A DNA stretch of 64,000 nt, taken from assembly GCA_038321865.1 (NCBI GenBank), contig JBBQFH010000001.1, forward strand, positions 64,001 to 128,000. Direction: 5' to 3'. The notes beneath the pieces were generated by a model. That model was not told where the DNA came from. It did not search any database and saw only the letters and a program-made list of their open reading frames with translations. The stretch comes from Gemmatimonadales bacterium. Its GTDB lineage: Bacteria > Gemmatimonadota > Gemmatimonadetes > Gemmatimonadales > GWC2-71-9. Both the position numbers and the translations under genes were made by a program. Every line of letters begins with the position of its first letter. Within the stretch, counting starts at the first letter, position 1. Positions 42,165 to 51,572 of this stretch are shown in pieces.

Positions 42165-43862
42165 CTAGGCCACCGCGTACAGCTCGGTCACGTCCCGCCC
42201 GGCCGGGCGACTCATCATCCGGAATTCATCCAGACGCATCATCGGGTCGTCCCTGAGCTCGAGGTCCAACCCGGTGATCTTCTGCAGATTCTGCAGCATC
42301 TTCGGCTCCTCTTCCAGCAGATAGAGCGCGACCTCCGGATGGAGCCGGACCGTCAGCTGCCGCTCCCGATGCTCGTGGCCGGCCCGCTTCAGCGACCGCT
42401 CGAGGCGCCGCGCGACCACTTCCGGCGTGAATACCCGTCCCGAGCCGGCGCAGGTCGGGCAGTCGCGCGTGAGCGAGTGCCAGAGCGATGGGCGGACCCG
42501 CTGGCGCGTCATCTCGACCAGGCCCAGCTCCGACACCGCGAAGGCCTTGGTTCGAGCCCGGTCGCGGCCCAGGTGCCCGCGCAGTTCCTGGAGGACCTTG
42601 TCGCGGTTGGAGCGCGTCTCCATGTCGATGAAATCGCAGACGATGATGCCGCCGATGTCACGGAGCCGGATCTGCCTGGCGATCTCGCGGGCGGCCTCGA
42701 GATTGGTGCGAAGGATCGTCTTCTCGGGATCTTTCTTGCCGGTGTAGCGCCCGGTATTGACGTCCACCGACACCAGCGCCTCGGTCGGCTGGATGATGAT
42801 GGAGCCGCCGGTCGGCAGCTCGCAGCGCGCCTTGAAGAGATCGCGAATCTCGGACTCGATGTCGAACTTGTCGAAGAGCGGAGTGGCCTCGGCGTACAGA
42901 TGCACCCGACTGATCAGCTCGGGATCGATCTGCTGCAGGTAGGACTCGATCTCGTTGTACAGCTCCTTCGAGTCGACATGCAGGGCGTCGACCTTGGTGC
43001 TGAACAGGTCACGGATGATGCCGCGCGTGAGGCTCGTCTCCCGCTGCAGCAGCGCCGGGGCCCGGCGGACGAAGGACTGCTTCCGGTTGATCTTCTTCCA
43101 CAGTGTCAGGAGCGAGTCGATTTCGCGGCGGAAATGGTCCTCCGTCACGCCTTCGGCGACGGTCCGCACGATCACGCCGCCGGAATCCTTCGGCAGCATC
43201 CCGGTCACCATCTCCCGCAACTTCGCGCGCTGCTCCCGGCTCTCGATCTTCCGGCTGACGCCAACCTTGGATCCGTAAGGCATGTACACCAGGAAGCGGC
43301 CGGCGAGCGAGATCTGCGCCGTGACGCGGCAGCCCTTGGTGCTGATGGGCTCCTTGGTGACCTGCACCGGCAGCGTCTGACCCTTCTTGAGGATGTCCTG
43401 GATGTTGGGAATGGCCCGGCGGGGTGACACCTCACGCTGGCGCGCTTCCGGCTTTTCGGCGGCGGCAGCGGTGCGGCCGCGGCGGCGGCGCTCTCCCCGG
43501 CCCCAGCCGCCGCCATTACCGGGCTGAGTTCCGCCCGCGTCGTCCGACTCGCCGTCCACGGTGGCCGGCTCATCGATCGCCTCGACGTCGTCCTCGTCGT
43601 CCTCCTCCTCGTCCTCAGGCTCTTCATCCTCATCGGGCTCGAGCAGATCGGAGGCGTGGAGGAAGGCGCTCTTCTCCAGCCCGATGTCCACAAACGCCGC
43701 CTGGATGCCCGGAAGCACGGCCTCGACGCGGCCGAGATAGATATCGCCGACGGTGCGGCGGTGGTCGGGGCGGTCGTAGAGCAGCTCGACCAGACGATCG
43801 TCTTCCAGGATGGCCACGCGCGTCTCGCGCTGGCTGCCGTTGATCAGGATCTCGCGCTTCAC
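42165..43862 (-). CDS. rng: Rne/Rng family ribonuclease (RNase G-sized) with S1 insertion
   Basis: AAFVDIG, KEPISTKG, DVNTG, TNLEAA.EIARQ.RLRDIGG, DFIDM, CPTC. Confidence 0.95.
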   Translation of the reverse strand: MKREILINGSQRETRVAILEDDRLVELLYDRPDHRRTVGDIYLGRVEAVLPGIQAAFVDIGLEKSAFLHASDLLEPDEDEEPEDEEEDDEDDVEAIDEPATVDGESDDAGGTQPGNGGGWGRGERRRRGRTAAAAEKPEARQREVSPRRAIPNIQDILKKGQTLPVQVTKEPISTKGCRVTAQISLAGRFLVYMPYGSKVGVSRKIESREQRAKLREMVTGMLPKDSGGVIVRTVAEGVTEDHFRREIDSLLTLWKKINRKQSFVRRAPALLQRETSLTRGIIRDLFSTKVDALHVDSKELYNEIESYLQQIDPELISRVHLYAEATPLFDKFDIESEIRDLFKARCELPTGGSIIIQPTEALVSVDVNTGRYTGKKDPEKTILRTNLEAAREIARQIRLRDIGGIIVCDFIDMETRSNRDKVLQELRGHLGRDRARTKAFAVSELGLVEMTRQRVRPSLWHSLTRDCPTCAGSGRVFTPEVVARRLERSLKRAGHEHRERQLTVRLHPEVALYLLEEEPKMLQNLQKITGLDLELRDDPMMRLDEFRMMSRPAGRDVTELYAVA

Positions 43863-43880
43863 GTCGCCGTCCTCGGCCGC

Positions 43881-44008
43881 GCGCGGACCACTCACCCGGG
43901 TGAGTGGCCCGCGCCACTGGCTGTCGTTTCGGTGGGGTGTTCATGCCGCGCGCCGTCCCGCCGGCAATACACCCCAGCGGGTGGTATCCGGCGGAGACGG
44001 CGCGCGCG
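43881..44008 (-). ncRNA. Structured 5' UTR of rng (two long hairpins)
   Basis: Hairpins at 43881-43914 and ~43947-44008 lie between the promoter and the GTG start. Confidence 0.6.
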
Positions 44009-44022
44009 CGTCGTCGGCGTTA

Positions 44023-44051
44023 ATTATATGCGGCGGTGGGATTTAGGGCAA
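44023..44051 (-). promoter_or_regulatory. sigma70 promoter of rng
   Basis: TTGCCC-17 nt-TATAAT. Confidence 0.8.
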
Positions 44052-44052
44052 C

Positions 44053-45270
44053 TTAGCCCACGAGGTCACCCAGGATGTGGCGGCCGATGACGATCCGCTG
44101 AATCTCGCTGGTGCCTTCGCCGATCTCGCAGACTTTCGCATCCCGCATCATCCGCTCGACCGGGTAGTCCGTCGTGTAGCCATAGCCACCGAAAATCTGG
44201 ACCGCCTTGGTGGTGTTCCGCATCGCGAGCTCCGAGCAGTAGAGCTTGGCCATGGCCGCCTCCTTCTTGAACGGCTTGCCGTTCTGCTTGAGCCAGGCGG
44301 CGTGGTACCGGAGATGGGTGCCCGCTTCGAGTTCGAGGGCCATGTCCGCCAGCTGGAAGCTGATGCCCTGGAAGCTGCCGATGGCCTTGCCGAACTGCTT
44401 GCGCGTCCCGGCGTAGGCGAGCGCCTGCTCATAGGCGCCCTCGGCGATACCGAGCGAAAGGGCCGCGATCCCGATGCGCCCCGCATCGAGCGTCTTGAGA
44501 AAGTTGACGAATCCGAGGCCGGGCTGGCCGAGCACGTTCTCCTTCGGCACAATCGCATCCTCGAAGATGAGCTCGCGCGTGTCGCTCGCCCGCCAGCCCA
44601 TCTTGTCCTCCTTCTTCCCCGCCCGGACGCCGGGCGTCTTGGCGAGCGCTTCGTCGTGCCCGACCCCGACCTCACGGGTCCGGTCGAGATCCACCGTGTC
44701 CTTGGTGACGATGAAGCTGGTGATGCCCTTGCTGCCGCTGCCAGGCTCGGTCCGCGCCGTCACCGAAAAAATTTCGCCGACGCCGGCATGGGTGATGAAG
44801 ATCTTGGAGCCGTTGAGGAGGTAATGATTGCCCTTGTCGACCGCGGTGGTACTGGTGCCGCCCGCGTCACTGCCGGCTCCGGGCTCGGTGAGGCCAAATC
44901 CGCCCATCACCCGGCCCGAAGCGAGCAGCGGGACGTACCTCTGGCGTTGCTCCGGGGTCCCGAACTCGACGATCGGAGAGGTGCCGAGGTTGGTGTGCGC
45001 GCTGATGGTCAGCGCGTGACTCGCGTCGACCTTGGCCAGCTCGTGGATGGTGATGTAGTAGGCGAGCTGGTCGAGGCCCGCTCCGCCGAGTTCCTCCGGC
45101 CAGGGAACGCCGAGCAACCCGAGATCGCCCATCTTCCGGATGTTTTCCCAGGGAAAGGTCGAAGTCCGGTCGAGCTCGCGGGCGACCGGCTCCACCTCGG
45201 TGCGGGCGAATTCTCGAACCATCTCGCGGACCTGATGGTGCTGTTCGGAAAAGTAGAGTCCGTCGTCCAT
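44053..45270 (-). CDS. Acyl-CoA dehydrogenase (short/branched-chain type)
   Basis: FGLTEPGAGSDA, GSKIFIT, KMGWRAS, GRIGIAA, RKQFG, QIFGGYG, EIGEGTSEIQ. Confidence 0.95.
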   Translation of the reverse strand: MDDGLYFSEQHHQVREMVREFARTEVEPVARELDRTSTFPWENIRKMGDLGLLGVPWPEELGGAGLDQLAYYITIHELAKVDASHALTISAHTNLGTSPIVEFGTPEQRQRYVPLLASGRVMGGFGLTEPGAGSDAGGTSTTAVDKGNHYLLNGSKIFITHAGVGEIFSVTARTEPGSGSKGITSFIVTKDTVDLDRTREVGVGHDEALAKTPGVRAGKKEDKMGWRASDTRELIFEDAIVPKENVLGQPGLGFVNFLKTLDAGRIGIAALSLGIAEGAYEQALAYAGTRKQFGKAIGSFQGISFQLADMALELEAGTHLRYHAAWLKQNGKPFKKEAAMAKLYCSELAMRNTTKAVQIFGGYGYTTDYPVERMMRDAKVCEIGEGTSEIQRIVIGRHILGDLVG

Positions 45271-45335
45271 GGTCGCTGTCTGTCCGCGTTGAAGGCCGCG
45301 CGGCACAGGGGCACTCGCCGCGGCGCGGAATATAA

Positions 45336-46709
45336 TCAGCGGACGGGCGGGTGACCCCGTGTGATGCAGCGGTCGCAGCCCGAGCAGGTACGCACGGCCT
45401 CCCCGAAGTACCCGATCAGCGCTTTGCGCCGGCATCGGTTGGCGATGGCGTACGCACGCATCGTCGCGATCCGCCGCTCGGTGGCGGCGCGCCTGGCGCT
45501 GACCCGCTTCCAGTCGGGGTTTCCCCGCTCGGGGTGGAGCTCGAGCCGGAGCCGATCGGCCGAGTCACGGACGTTGGCAGGCACGCGCGCGGCGTCCTGC
45601 CGCCCCGACCAGATGGCTTCAAGCAGGCGCCGCGGCGGAAAAGTGACGTCGAGTTGGCGGCGGTGGAGCGCTGCATCGTCCCGATGGAACAACAGCACGC
45701 ACCGAGCCGGTGCGCCATCACGGCCAGCGCGACCGGCCTCCTGATAATACGACTCGGGCGTCGGCGGCATTGACCAGTGGATCACCCGTCGAACGCCCGG
45801 CTTGTCGATCCCCATGCCGAATGCCGATGTGGCGACGATGACCGTGACCCGGTCCCGCATGAAGCTGTCGAGCACGGCGCTGCGCGTGCCCGCGTCGAGT
45901 CCGGCGTGATAGGGGGACGCCGCATGGCCCCGGTGCCGCAGCGCGAGTGCGAGCGTCTCCGTACTCTTCCTGGTTGGAGCGTAGACGATCGCGGTCTCAC
46001 CTCGCACCAGCAGACCGTCGAGCGCGGCGAACCGCTCCCGTTCGTTCCGAACGACGTGGACGCCGAACCAGAGATTCGGCCGGTCGAAGGAATCCACAAA
46101 CGCGCGAAGCCCGCGACCCACGCCAGCGCCGAGCCCGAGCACATGGATGATGTCACGCCGGACCGCGGGTGTCGCGCTGCCGGTGAGGGCGATCGTCTGC
46201 GGGTTGCCGAGCTCGGCGCGTGTTCGGCCGATCAGCCTGAACTCCGGCCGAAAATCGTGTCCCCACTCGCTGATGCAGTGTGCTTCATCCACCGCCAGCA
46301 GGCCGACGCGACCACCGCACGCCATCAACGTCGCGCCGACCCGTGGCAGCCGCTCGGGTGACGAATAGAGCAGCGTCACCCGCCCCGCCGCCGCGTCCCG
46401 GAGCGTCAGCTCGGCGGCTTCCGCCGGGAGCGCGCTGTGGACCGCCGCCGCCGCGATTCCCCGTCGCCGGGCGCCGTCCACTTGATCCTGCATCAGTGAA
46501 ATCAGCGGGGAGACGACCAGGCAGACGGCCTGTCGGACGAGCGCGGGCACCTGGAAGCACACCGACTTGCCGCCGCCGGTCGGCAGCACACCAAGCACGT
46601 CATGGCCCGCGAGCACGCCACGCACGACCTGCCCCTGCACCGGCCGGAAATCGGAATGCCCGTAGTGACGGCGCAGCAGCCCTTGGGCGAGATCGTAGTG
46701 AGTTGGCAC
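45336..46709 (-). CDS. recQ: Short RecQ family DNA helicase (helicase core + Zn site, no WH/HRDC)
   Basis: PTGGGKS, DEAHCISEWGHDFRP, AFGMGIDKP, YYQEAGRAGRDG, CRR...C.GCDRC. Confidence 0.9.
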   Translation of the reverse strand: MPTHYDLAQGLLRRHYGHSDFRPVQGQVVRGVLAGHDVLGVLPTGGGKSVCFQVPALVRQAVCLVVSPLISLMQDQVDGARRRGIAAAAVHSALPAEAAELTLRDAAAGRVTLLYSSPERLPRVGATLMACGGRVGLLAVDEAHCISEWGHDFRPEFRLIGRTRAELGNPQTIALTGSATPAVRRDIIHVLGLGAGVGRGLRAFVDSFDRPNLWFGVHVVRNERERFAALDGLLVRGETAIVYAPTRKSTETLALALRHRGHAASPYHAGLDAGTRSAVLDSFMRDRVTVIVATSAFGMGIDKPGVRRVIHWSMPPTPESYYQEAGRAGRDGAPARCVLLFHRDDAALHRRQLDVTFPPRRLLEAIWSGRQDAARVPANVRDSADRLRLELHPERGNPDWKRVSARRAATERRIATMRAYAIANRCRRKALIGYFGEAVRTCSGCDRCITRGHPPVR

Positions 46710-46817
46710 GGGGCACGATGCGCGCTGTGGCCGACAAGACTGAACCCTTCCATCGCCTCGGGGGGCCTTGGCACCGCAGGGCGTGCGGCGATTCAGCGCT
46801 TGGCGATCGTGAGGGGA

Positions 46818-47417
46818 TCAGGGGACCCAGCGAAGTCCCATCACCACCGGAAGGATGTCGAGCGAAGGCTGCCCGGCGACATGGATGAGTCGCGCCTCCA
46901 CGAACAGCGCCGCCTGGCCGAGGCGAAGGGCGCCGCCGGCACCCGCGTGAATTCCGAAGCGCGTACGATAGGGTGCCAACGGCAGGGCGTCCTGGACGTT
47001 GTAGGCACCTGCACCGCCGAGCACGTAGGGAACGAGCGCGCGGCCAGCGGGTCCTATCCGGGCGGTGCCGCCGGCCGCGAATACCAGCACGTTGGTGGCC
47101 GGAAATGCCACGCCGAACGCGTTGGCGCCGCGGATGTGCAGGTACGCGGCGTCGAGACGAATTGCGAGCGCCGATCCGGCGCGCCGAAGCGTGAGCTCGC
47201 CCTGCGCAATCGGCCCGTGCCCGTAGCCGCTCCGTGCGTCGCCGAGGGCCGACGCGATTCCCGCCGCCCCCCCGAACCCAACCCGCAACAAGGACTGAGC
47301 GATGAGGCGGTGCGACGGTGCGGCCAGGACGAGCAGCGCGAGGCCGAGCGCGCGCAGACACCGGCAGGCGAAAACGGCGCGGGCTCTCTCGAGCACCGCG
47401 CCGTTCGTTTTACTCAC
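46818..47417 (-). CDS. Small outer-membrane beta-barrel protein
   Basis: Signal-like segment, PYVLGGAG, FVEAR, C-terminal GLRW. Start uncertain. Confidence 0.7.
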   Translation of the reverse strand: MSKTNGAVLERARAVFACRCLRALGLALLVLAAPSHRLIAQSLLRVGFGGAAGIASALGDARSGYGHGPIAQGELTLRRAGSALAIRLDAAYLHIRGANAFGVAFPATNVLVFAAGGTARIGPAGRALVPYVLGGAGAYNVQDALPLAPYRTRFGIHAGAGGALRLGQAALFVEARLIHVAGQPSLDILPVVMGLRWVP

Positions 47418-47453
47418 CCACCCGAATGGGCGGCGCGGAACAGTCCGAACGGC

Positions 47454-47960
47454 TCAGCCGCCGAACTTGACGCCCACGTTGAGCTGCAGCGCCTTGCTTG
47501 TGCCGGAGCCGCCGCCATAGAAGAACAGATCAAAGGTCGCTTCCCCGAAGAGCACCGCACCGCGGTTCCGATGCTGGAAATGATAGTCGACGCCCGCGCC
47601 GGCCTTCGCCATCGGCTTCGTCAGGCTCGGCACGTGCACGATGCCGCCGCCGGCGAGGAGATACGGGTGCAGCATCGACGTCGGGCTGTGGAACGTATAG
47701 ACGATGTCGGCAGTGCCGAGGATCGACGTGCCATTGTTGCTCAAGACCGTGCCGTCGACCCGGAAGCTGACGGGATTGTGCTCCTTGCCGCCGAAGCCGA
47801 CCAGACCCATGCCGCCGAACGACGAGCCTCCGCCGCTCTCCAGCGAGAAAAGCCCGGTACCCGCCACGCCGAACGTGACGCCTTGAGCGTGCGCGATGGA
47901 CGGCGCGGCCACGAAGCCGGCCAGCAGCAGAGTCGCGATAGTGGTGCGCATGCGCTTCAT
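47454..47960 (-). CDS. Small outer-membrane beta-barrel protein (paralogue 2)
   Basis: AGGAGGT SD; signal peptide; PYLLAGGG; C-terminal GVKFGG. Confidence 0.8.
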   Translation of the reverse strand: MKRMRTTIATLLLAGFVAAPSIAHAQGVTFGVAGTGLFSLESGGGSSFGGMGLVGFGGKEHNPVSFRVDGTVLSNNGTSILGTADIVYTFHSPTSMLHPYLLAGGGIVHVPSLTKPMAKAGAGVDYHFQHRNRGAVLFGEATFDLFFYGGGSGTSKALQLNVGVKFGG

Positions 47961-48026
47961 GAGCTGACCTCCTGAATGAGTGGGATGTGCCCGTACCGGG
48001 CTCATGAACATCTTGCGAGTGGTCCG

Positions 48027-48061
48027 AAAAAGCAAACCGCCCCGCAGATGCGGGGCGGTTT
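48027..48061 (-). terminator. Intrinsic terminator after beta-barrel paralogue 1
   Basis: 13-bp inverted repeat AAACCGCCCCGCA/TGCGGGGCGGTTT followed by GCTTTTT. Confidence 0.8.
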
Positions 48062-48078
48062 CCATGGCAACGAAACGC

Positions 48079-48576
48079 TTACTTACCGCCGAACTTGACG
48101 CCGAGGTTGGCCTGAAGCGCCTTCGTCATGCCGGATCCGCCGCCGTAGAAGAACCCGTCGAAGGTGGCCTCGCCGAACAGCATCACGTTGCCCATCATGT
48201 AGTCCGCGCCAACGCCAGCCTTGAACATCGGCTTGGTGAAATTCGGAACGTGGGTCACGCCGCCGCCCGCGAGGAGGTACGGGTGGAACATCGACGACGC
48301 CGCCGTGACGAACGTGTAGACGATGTCGGCCGTGCCGATGATCTGCGTCGCGCCCTTGTGCGTGACCGTACCGTCAACCCGGAACCCGATCGGGCTGCCG
48401 GCCTTGCCGCCGAAACCCACCAGCGCCATGCCGCCGAAGGCCGAGCCGCCGCCGCTCTCGAGCGAGAACAGGCCGGTGCCGGCCACACCAAAGTGCACAC
48501 CCTGCGCGTTCGCGCTCGACGCGCCAACGACCGCCGCCAACGCGAGAACCGCAACACCCTTCAACATGCCCTTCAT
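48079..48576 (-). CDS. Small outer-membrane beta-barrel protein (paralogue 1)
   Basis: AGGAGG SD; signal peptide ending ANA; about 8 amphipathic strands; GVKFGGK. Confidence 0.8.
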   Translation of the reverse strand: MKGMLKGVAVLALAAVVGASSANAQGVHFGVAGTGLFSLESGGGSAFGGMALVGFGGKAGSPIGFRVDGTVTHKGATQIIGTADIVYTFVTAASSMFHPYLLAGGGVTHVPNFTKPMFKAGVGADYMMGNVMLFGEATFDGFFYGGGSGMTKALQANLGVKFGGK

Positions 48577-48863
48577 GTCACTTCCTCCTGGATACCGGTG
48601 AACGTGGTCGAACGTGTTGAATGAGGCTTTCTTAGCCTACCCGCCGGCCCGGCGAGTTCGTTTGCGCCTCGCAGGCTCTGCCAAAGTAGCGAATTTTGTC
48701 GGCGGCGCAACGACCAGCTTTGATACGCCCGCATCAAATCTATACACTTCAATGCTTTAACAACAATTGCCGGCCGGGAACCGACTGTCGTGAAGGCGCA
48801 ACGAAGCCACCTGTCGCCGCCGACCTACGCGCGGCGGGCGCCATTCGTTTCGATCTGCACGGT

Positions 48864-49052
48864 TCAGCCGTCTCGCGGAAGGCCGGTGCCGGACTCGTCT
48901 GACTCAGAGGCGCGGCGAGCCCGAATCCTCATCACCACCGCGCCCGCGAGCACGGCTGCGGCGACCCAGCCCAGCGGGCTGCTGCCGAGCGCGACCGCGG
49001 CTGCCGCCAGCAGCACCCCCGCCCCGCCGAGCCACAGCTTCGCGTCGGTCAT
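48864..49052 (-). CDS. Small two-TM hypothetical membrane protein
   Basis: TGATG coupling to upstream hydratase; two hydrophobic helices. Confidence 0.55.
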   Translation of the reverse strand: MTDAKLWLGGAGVLLAAAAVALGSSPLGWVAAAVLAGAVVMRIRARRASESDESGTGLPRDG

Positions 49053-49819
49053 CACGGGCCCTTCAGAAATCGGCTGATCGCCTCGCGAAATTCCGCCGTA
49101 CTCCGGGCCAGTGCATTCGCCCGGGCACCCAGGGCAATCCCTTCATCGAAGGAACGACCGTCCAGCTCGAAGAAGAGCCGCTTGGTCAGTGCCAGCGCCG
49201 ATGCACCCGACGCCGCCAGACCCGCCAGCAGGGTCGCTGCCTCCTGGTCGAGCGAGGCTGCAGGAACTATACGCGAGACCAGTCCGAGACGTTGCGCCTC
49301 GCCGGCGTCGAGCGTGCGGCCGGTGAGCACCAGCTCGAGCGCCGCCTTTTCGCCGGCATGCCGCCGGAGCAGCGCCATTACCATGGCCGGCACGAATCCG
49401 CGCTGGATTTCGGGATAGCCGATCCTGGCCGTGTCCGCTGCGAGCACTATGTCGCAGGCGGTGGCCAGTCCGGCGCCACCGGCGAGGGCACGGCCCTGCA
49501 CCACCGCGACCACAACCTTGGGCAACGCCCGGAGCCGCTGGAAGATCGATCCTAGCCGCAGTGCGTCCTGTTCATTGGCGGCCGCGTCGCGGTCGGCCGA
49601 CGCGAGCAGCTCGTCGAGGTCGGCGCCGGCGCAGAAGTCGTTTCCGGCGCCACGGATCGCGACGACCCGTACCGCGGGATCAAGCTCGGCGCGCTCCAGC
49701 TCGCCGTGGAGACGCTCGATGAGCGCCGAGCTCAGCGCGTTCCGCTTCGCCGGCCGGTCGAGCGTCAGTGTAAGGACTCCGTCCCCGAGCTCGGCGCGCA
49801 GCGGCGCGGTATCGCTCAT
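49052..49819 (-). CDS. Enoyl-CoA hydratase/isomerase (methylglutaconyl-CoA hydratase-like)
   Basis: RP.KRNAL, FCAGADL, ALAGGAGL, PE...G.VPA. Confidence 0.9.
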   Translation of the reverse strand: MSDTAPLRAELGDGVLTLTLDRPAKRNALSSALIERLHGELERAELDPAVRVVAIRGAGNDFCAGADLDELLASADRDAAANEQDALRLGSIFQRLRALPKVVVAVVQGRALAGGAGLATACDIVLAADTARIGYPEIQRGFVPAMVMALLRRHAGEKAALELVLTGRTLDAGEAQRLGLVSRIVPAASLDQEAATLLAGLAASGASALALTKRLFFELDGRSFDEGIALGARANALARSTAEFREAISRFLKGP

Positions 49820-50187
49820 CGGGTGGCCGTCAGCCGGCGAGCGAGCGCCCGGGGCACCGGCACTTCCATGCGGAGCAGCGCCGTGGAGTAGACCTTGCCC
49901 TGCGCATCGGTCTTCAGGGATATCGTGCCGCCACCGTCCAGCGCGCCGTGAAGCAGGAAGTTCAGCACGTGCAGATTGGGAAGCTCGTAGCGGTCGACGC
50001 CGCTCACCATCCCTCGGAAGTGGCGCGCCACGCGGGCCCGGGTGACCTCGCGGACCAGCAGCGGATACAGCTCCGGTTCCAGCGCGATCAGTCCGACGTT
50101 CGCGGTATCTCCCTTGTCGCCGGAACGGGCATGGGCCAGATAGCGGAGCTGGACGGGCGTGCTGGCGGGACGCGCGGTCTTCGGCAT
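49816..50187 (-). CDS. Stand-alone AtuA C-terminal-like domain protein
   Basis: AHARSGDKGD..N.G, RYELPN, ALDGGG..SL..D.QGK. Confidence 0.85.
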   Translation of the reverse strand: MPKTARPASTPVQLRYLAHARSGDKGDTANVGLIALEPELYPLLVREVTRARVARHFRGMVSGVDRYELPNLHVLNFLLHGALDGGGTISLKTDAQGKVYSTALLRMEVPVPRALARRLTATR

Positions 50188-50198
50188 GAGTGCTCCGG

Positions 50199-51572
50199 TC
50201 AGGCGGTCAGGATGTCGACACGCACGTGCGGCTCGATCTCGCGCCGATCGATCAACGCAGGCCAGTAGGCCACGATTTCCTCCACCGCTGGTCGGCCGCC
50301 GGCAAAGCCCGTGACGCTGGGCGGGCCGGTCAGCACCAGCGGCGCAATCTCCCGTGAGAAGCGCTCGACCGGGGCCCGGTCGCGCGCCCGCACGCCCACG
50401 CGCAACTGCACCTCCGGCGCCTCGGCGTTCGCCGGGCCGGCCAGGCGGCCATGCGTGGCGTCGACGCCCACGTATTCGGTGAGGACCTGATCGAATGCGA
50501 GGCCGAGGGTGGCCAGACGCTGCCGCAGGATCCGGTCGGCTGCGCGCGCCTTTTCCCAGGCGTCGGGCCAGGAGTACACCAGCGTTCCGACCGCCTTGTA
50601 GCCGTAGAAGTACGCGATCGAGACCTTCAGCATCGGCGTGCGCGGACCACCCCGGATACCGCTCACGCGCACGCGATCCCGCCCCGCCTGCGCGAGGCGA
50701 ATGGACGTGAAGTCGGCGACACCATCCGGCGTGATGTAGGCGTGCGGATCGCCCATCTCGTAGACCAGCTGCTCGGTGACCGACGCGACCGACACGACGC
50801 CACCGGTGCCCGGATGCTTCGTGATCACGAACGTCCCGTCGGCGGACGCCTCGGCGATCGGAAACCCGGGATCGGCCAGGCCTTTCACCTTCCGCCAGTC
50901 CTTCATGAGATTTCCGCCGGACGCCTGCGCACCACATTCGATGATATGACCGGCGATCGTGCCGGCCGCGACCAGGTCCCAATCGTCCGGCCGCCAGCCG
51001 AACTCGTGGAACAGGGGTCCCAGCGTCAACCCTGTATCCGTCACGCGCCCGGTCACGACGACATTGGCGCCGCCGTCCAGCGCCTCGACGATCGGAGCCA
51101 TGCCGATGTACGCGTTGGCCGACAGCACCTTGTCGCGAATGTCGGACAGGGGGCGGCCGGTGTCCATGTCGCGCATTTCGTGGCCGCGTCCCATCAGGTC
51201 ATCAAGTCGGTCGAGGATGTCATCGCCAACGACCAGCCCCACGCGCACCTTCCCCTGCAGTCCGAGCCGGCGCGCCACGTCGAGCACCGCTTCGGCGCAG
51301 CCTCGGGGATTGACGCCGCCGGCGTTCGAGGTGACGCGAATACCCCGCTTGACCACATCGGGCAGGATACGCTCCATCAGCGGCGGAAAGTCGCGCGCGT
51401 ATCCGAGTTTGGGATCGCGCGACTTCTGTTTCTGCATGATCGACATCGTCACTTCGGCGAGATAGTCGAGCATCAGGTAGTCGATGGGGCCGCCCTGCAC
51501 CTGACGCACGGGCGCTTCCGGCCAATCCCCCCAGAATCCCTGGCCGGCAGCCACCCGCACGACCCGGCTCAT
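50199..51572 (-). CDS. AtuA/DUF1446 family protein
   Basis: [57 protein letters not shown]. Confidence 0.92.
   Translation of the reverse strand: MSRVVRVAAGQGFWGDWPEAPVRQVQGGPIDYLMLDYLAEVTMSIMQKQKSRDPKLGYARDFPPLMERILPDVVKRGIRVTSNAGGVNPRGCAEAVLDVARRLGLQGKVRVGLVVGDDILDRLDDLMGRGHEMRDMDTGRPLSDIRDKVLSANAYIGMAPIVEALDGGANVVVTGRVTDTGLTLGPLFHEFGWRPDDWDLVAAGTIAGHIIECGAQASGGNLMKDWRKVKGLADPGFPIAEASADGTFVITKHPGTGGVVSVASVTEQLVYEMGDPHAYITPDGVADFTSIRLAQAGRDRVRVSGIRGGPRTPMLKVSIAYFYGYKAVGTLVYSWPDAWEKARAADRILRQRLATLGLAFDQVLTEYVGVDATHGRLAGPANAEAPEVQLRVGVRARDRAPVERFSREIAPLVLTGPPSVTGFAGGRPAVEEIVAYWPALIDRREIEPHVRVDILTA

Noticed and set aside
48668..48684. TTGGCA...TGC sigma54-like site upstream of the barrel genes
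   Set aside because: GG-to-GC spacing is 8 rather than the required 10
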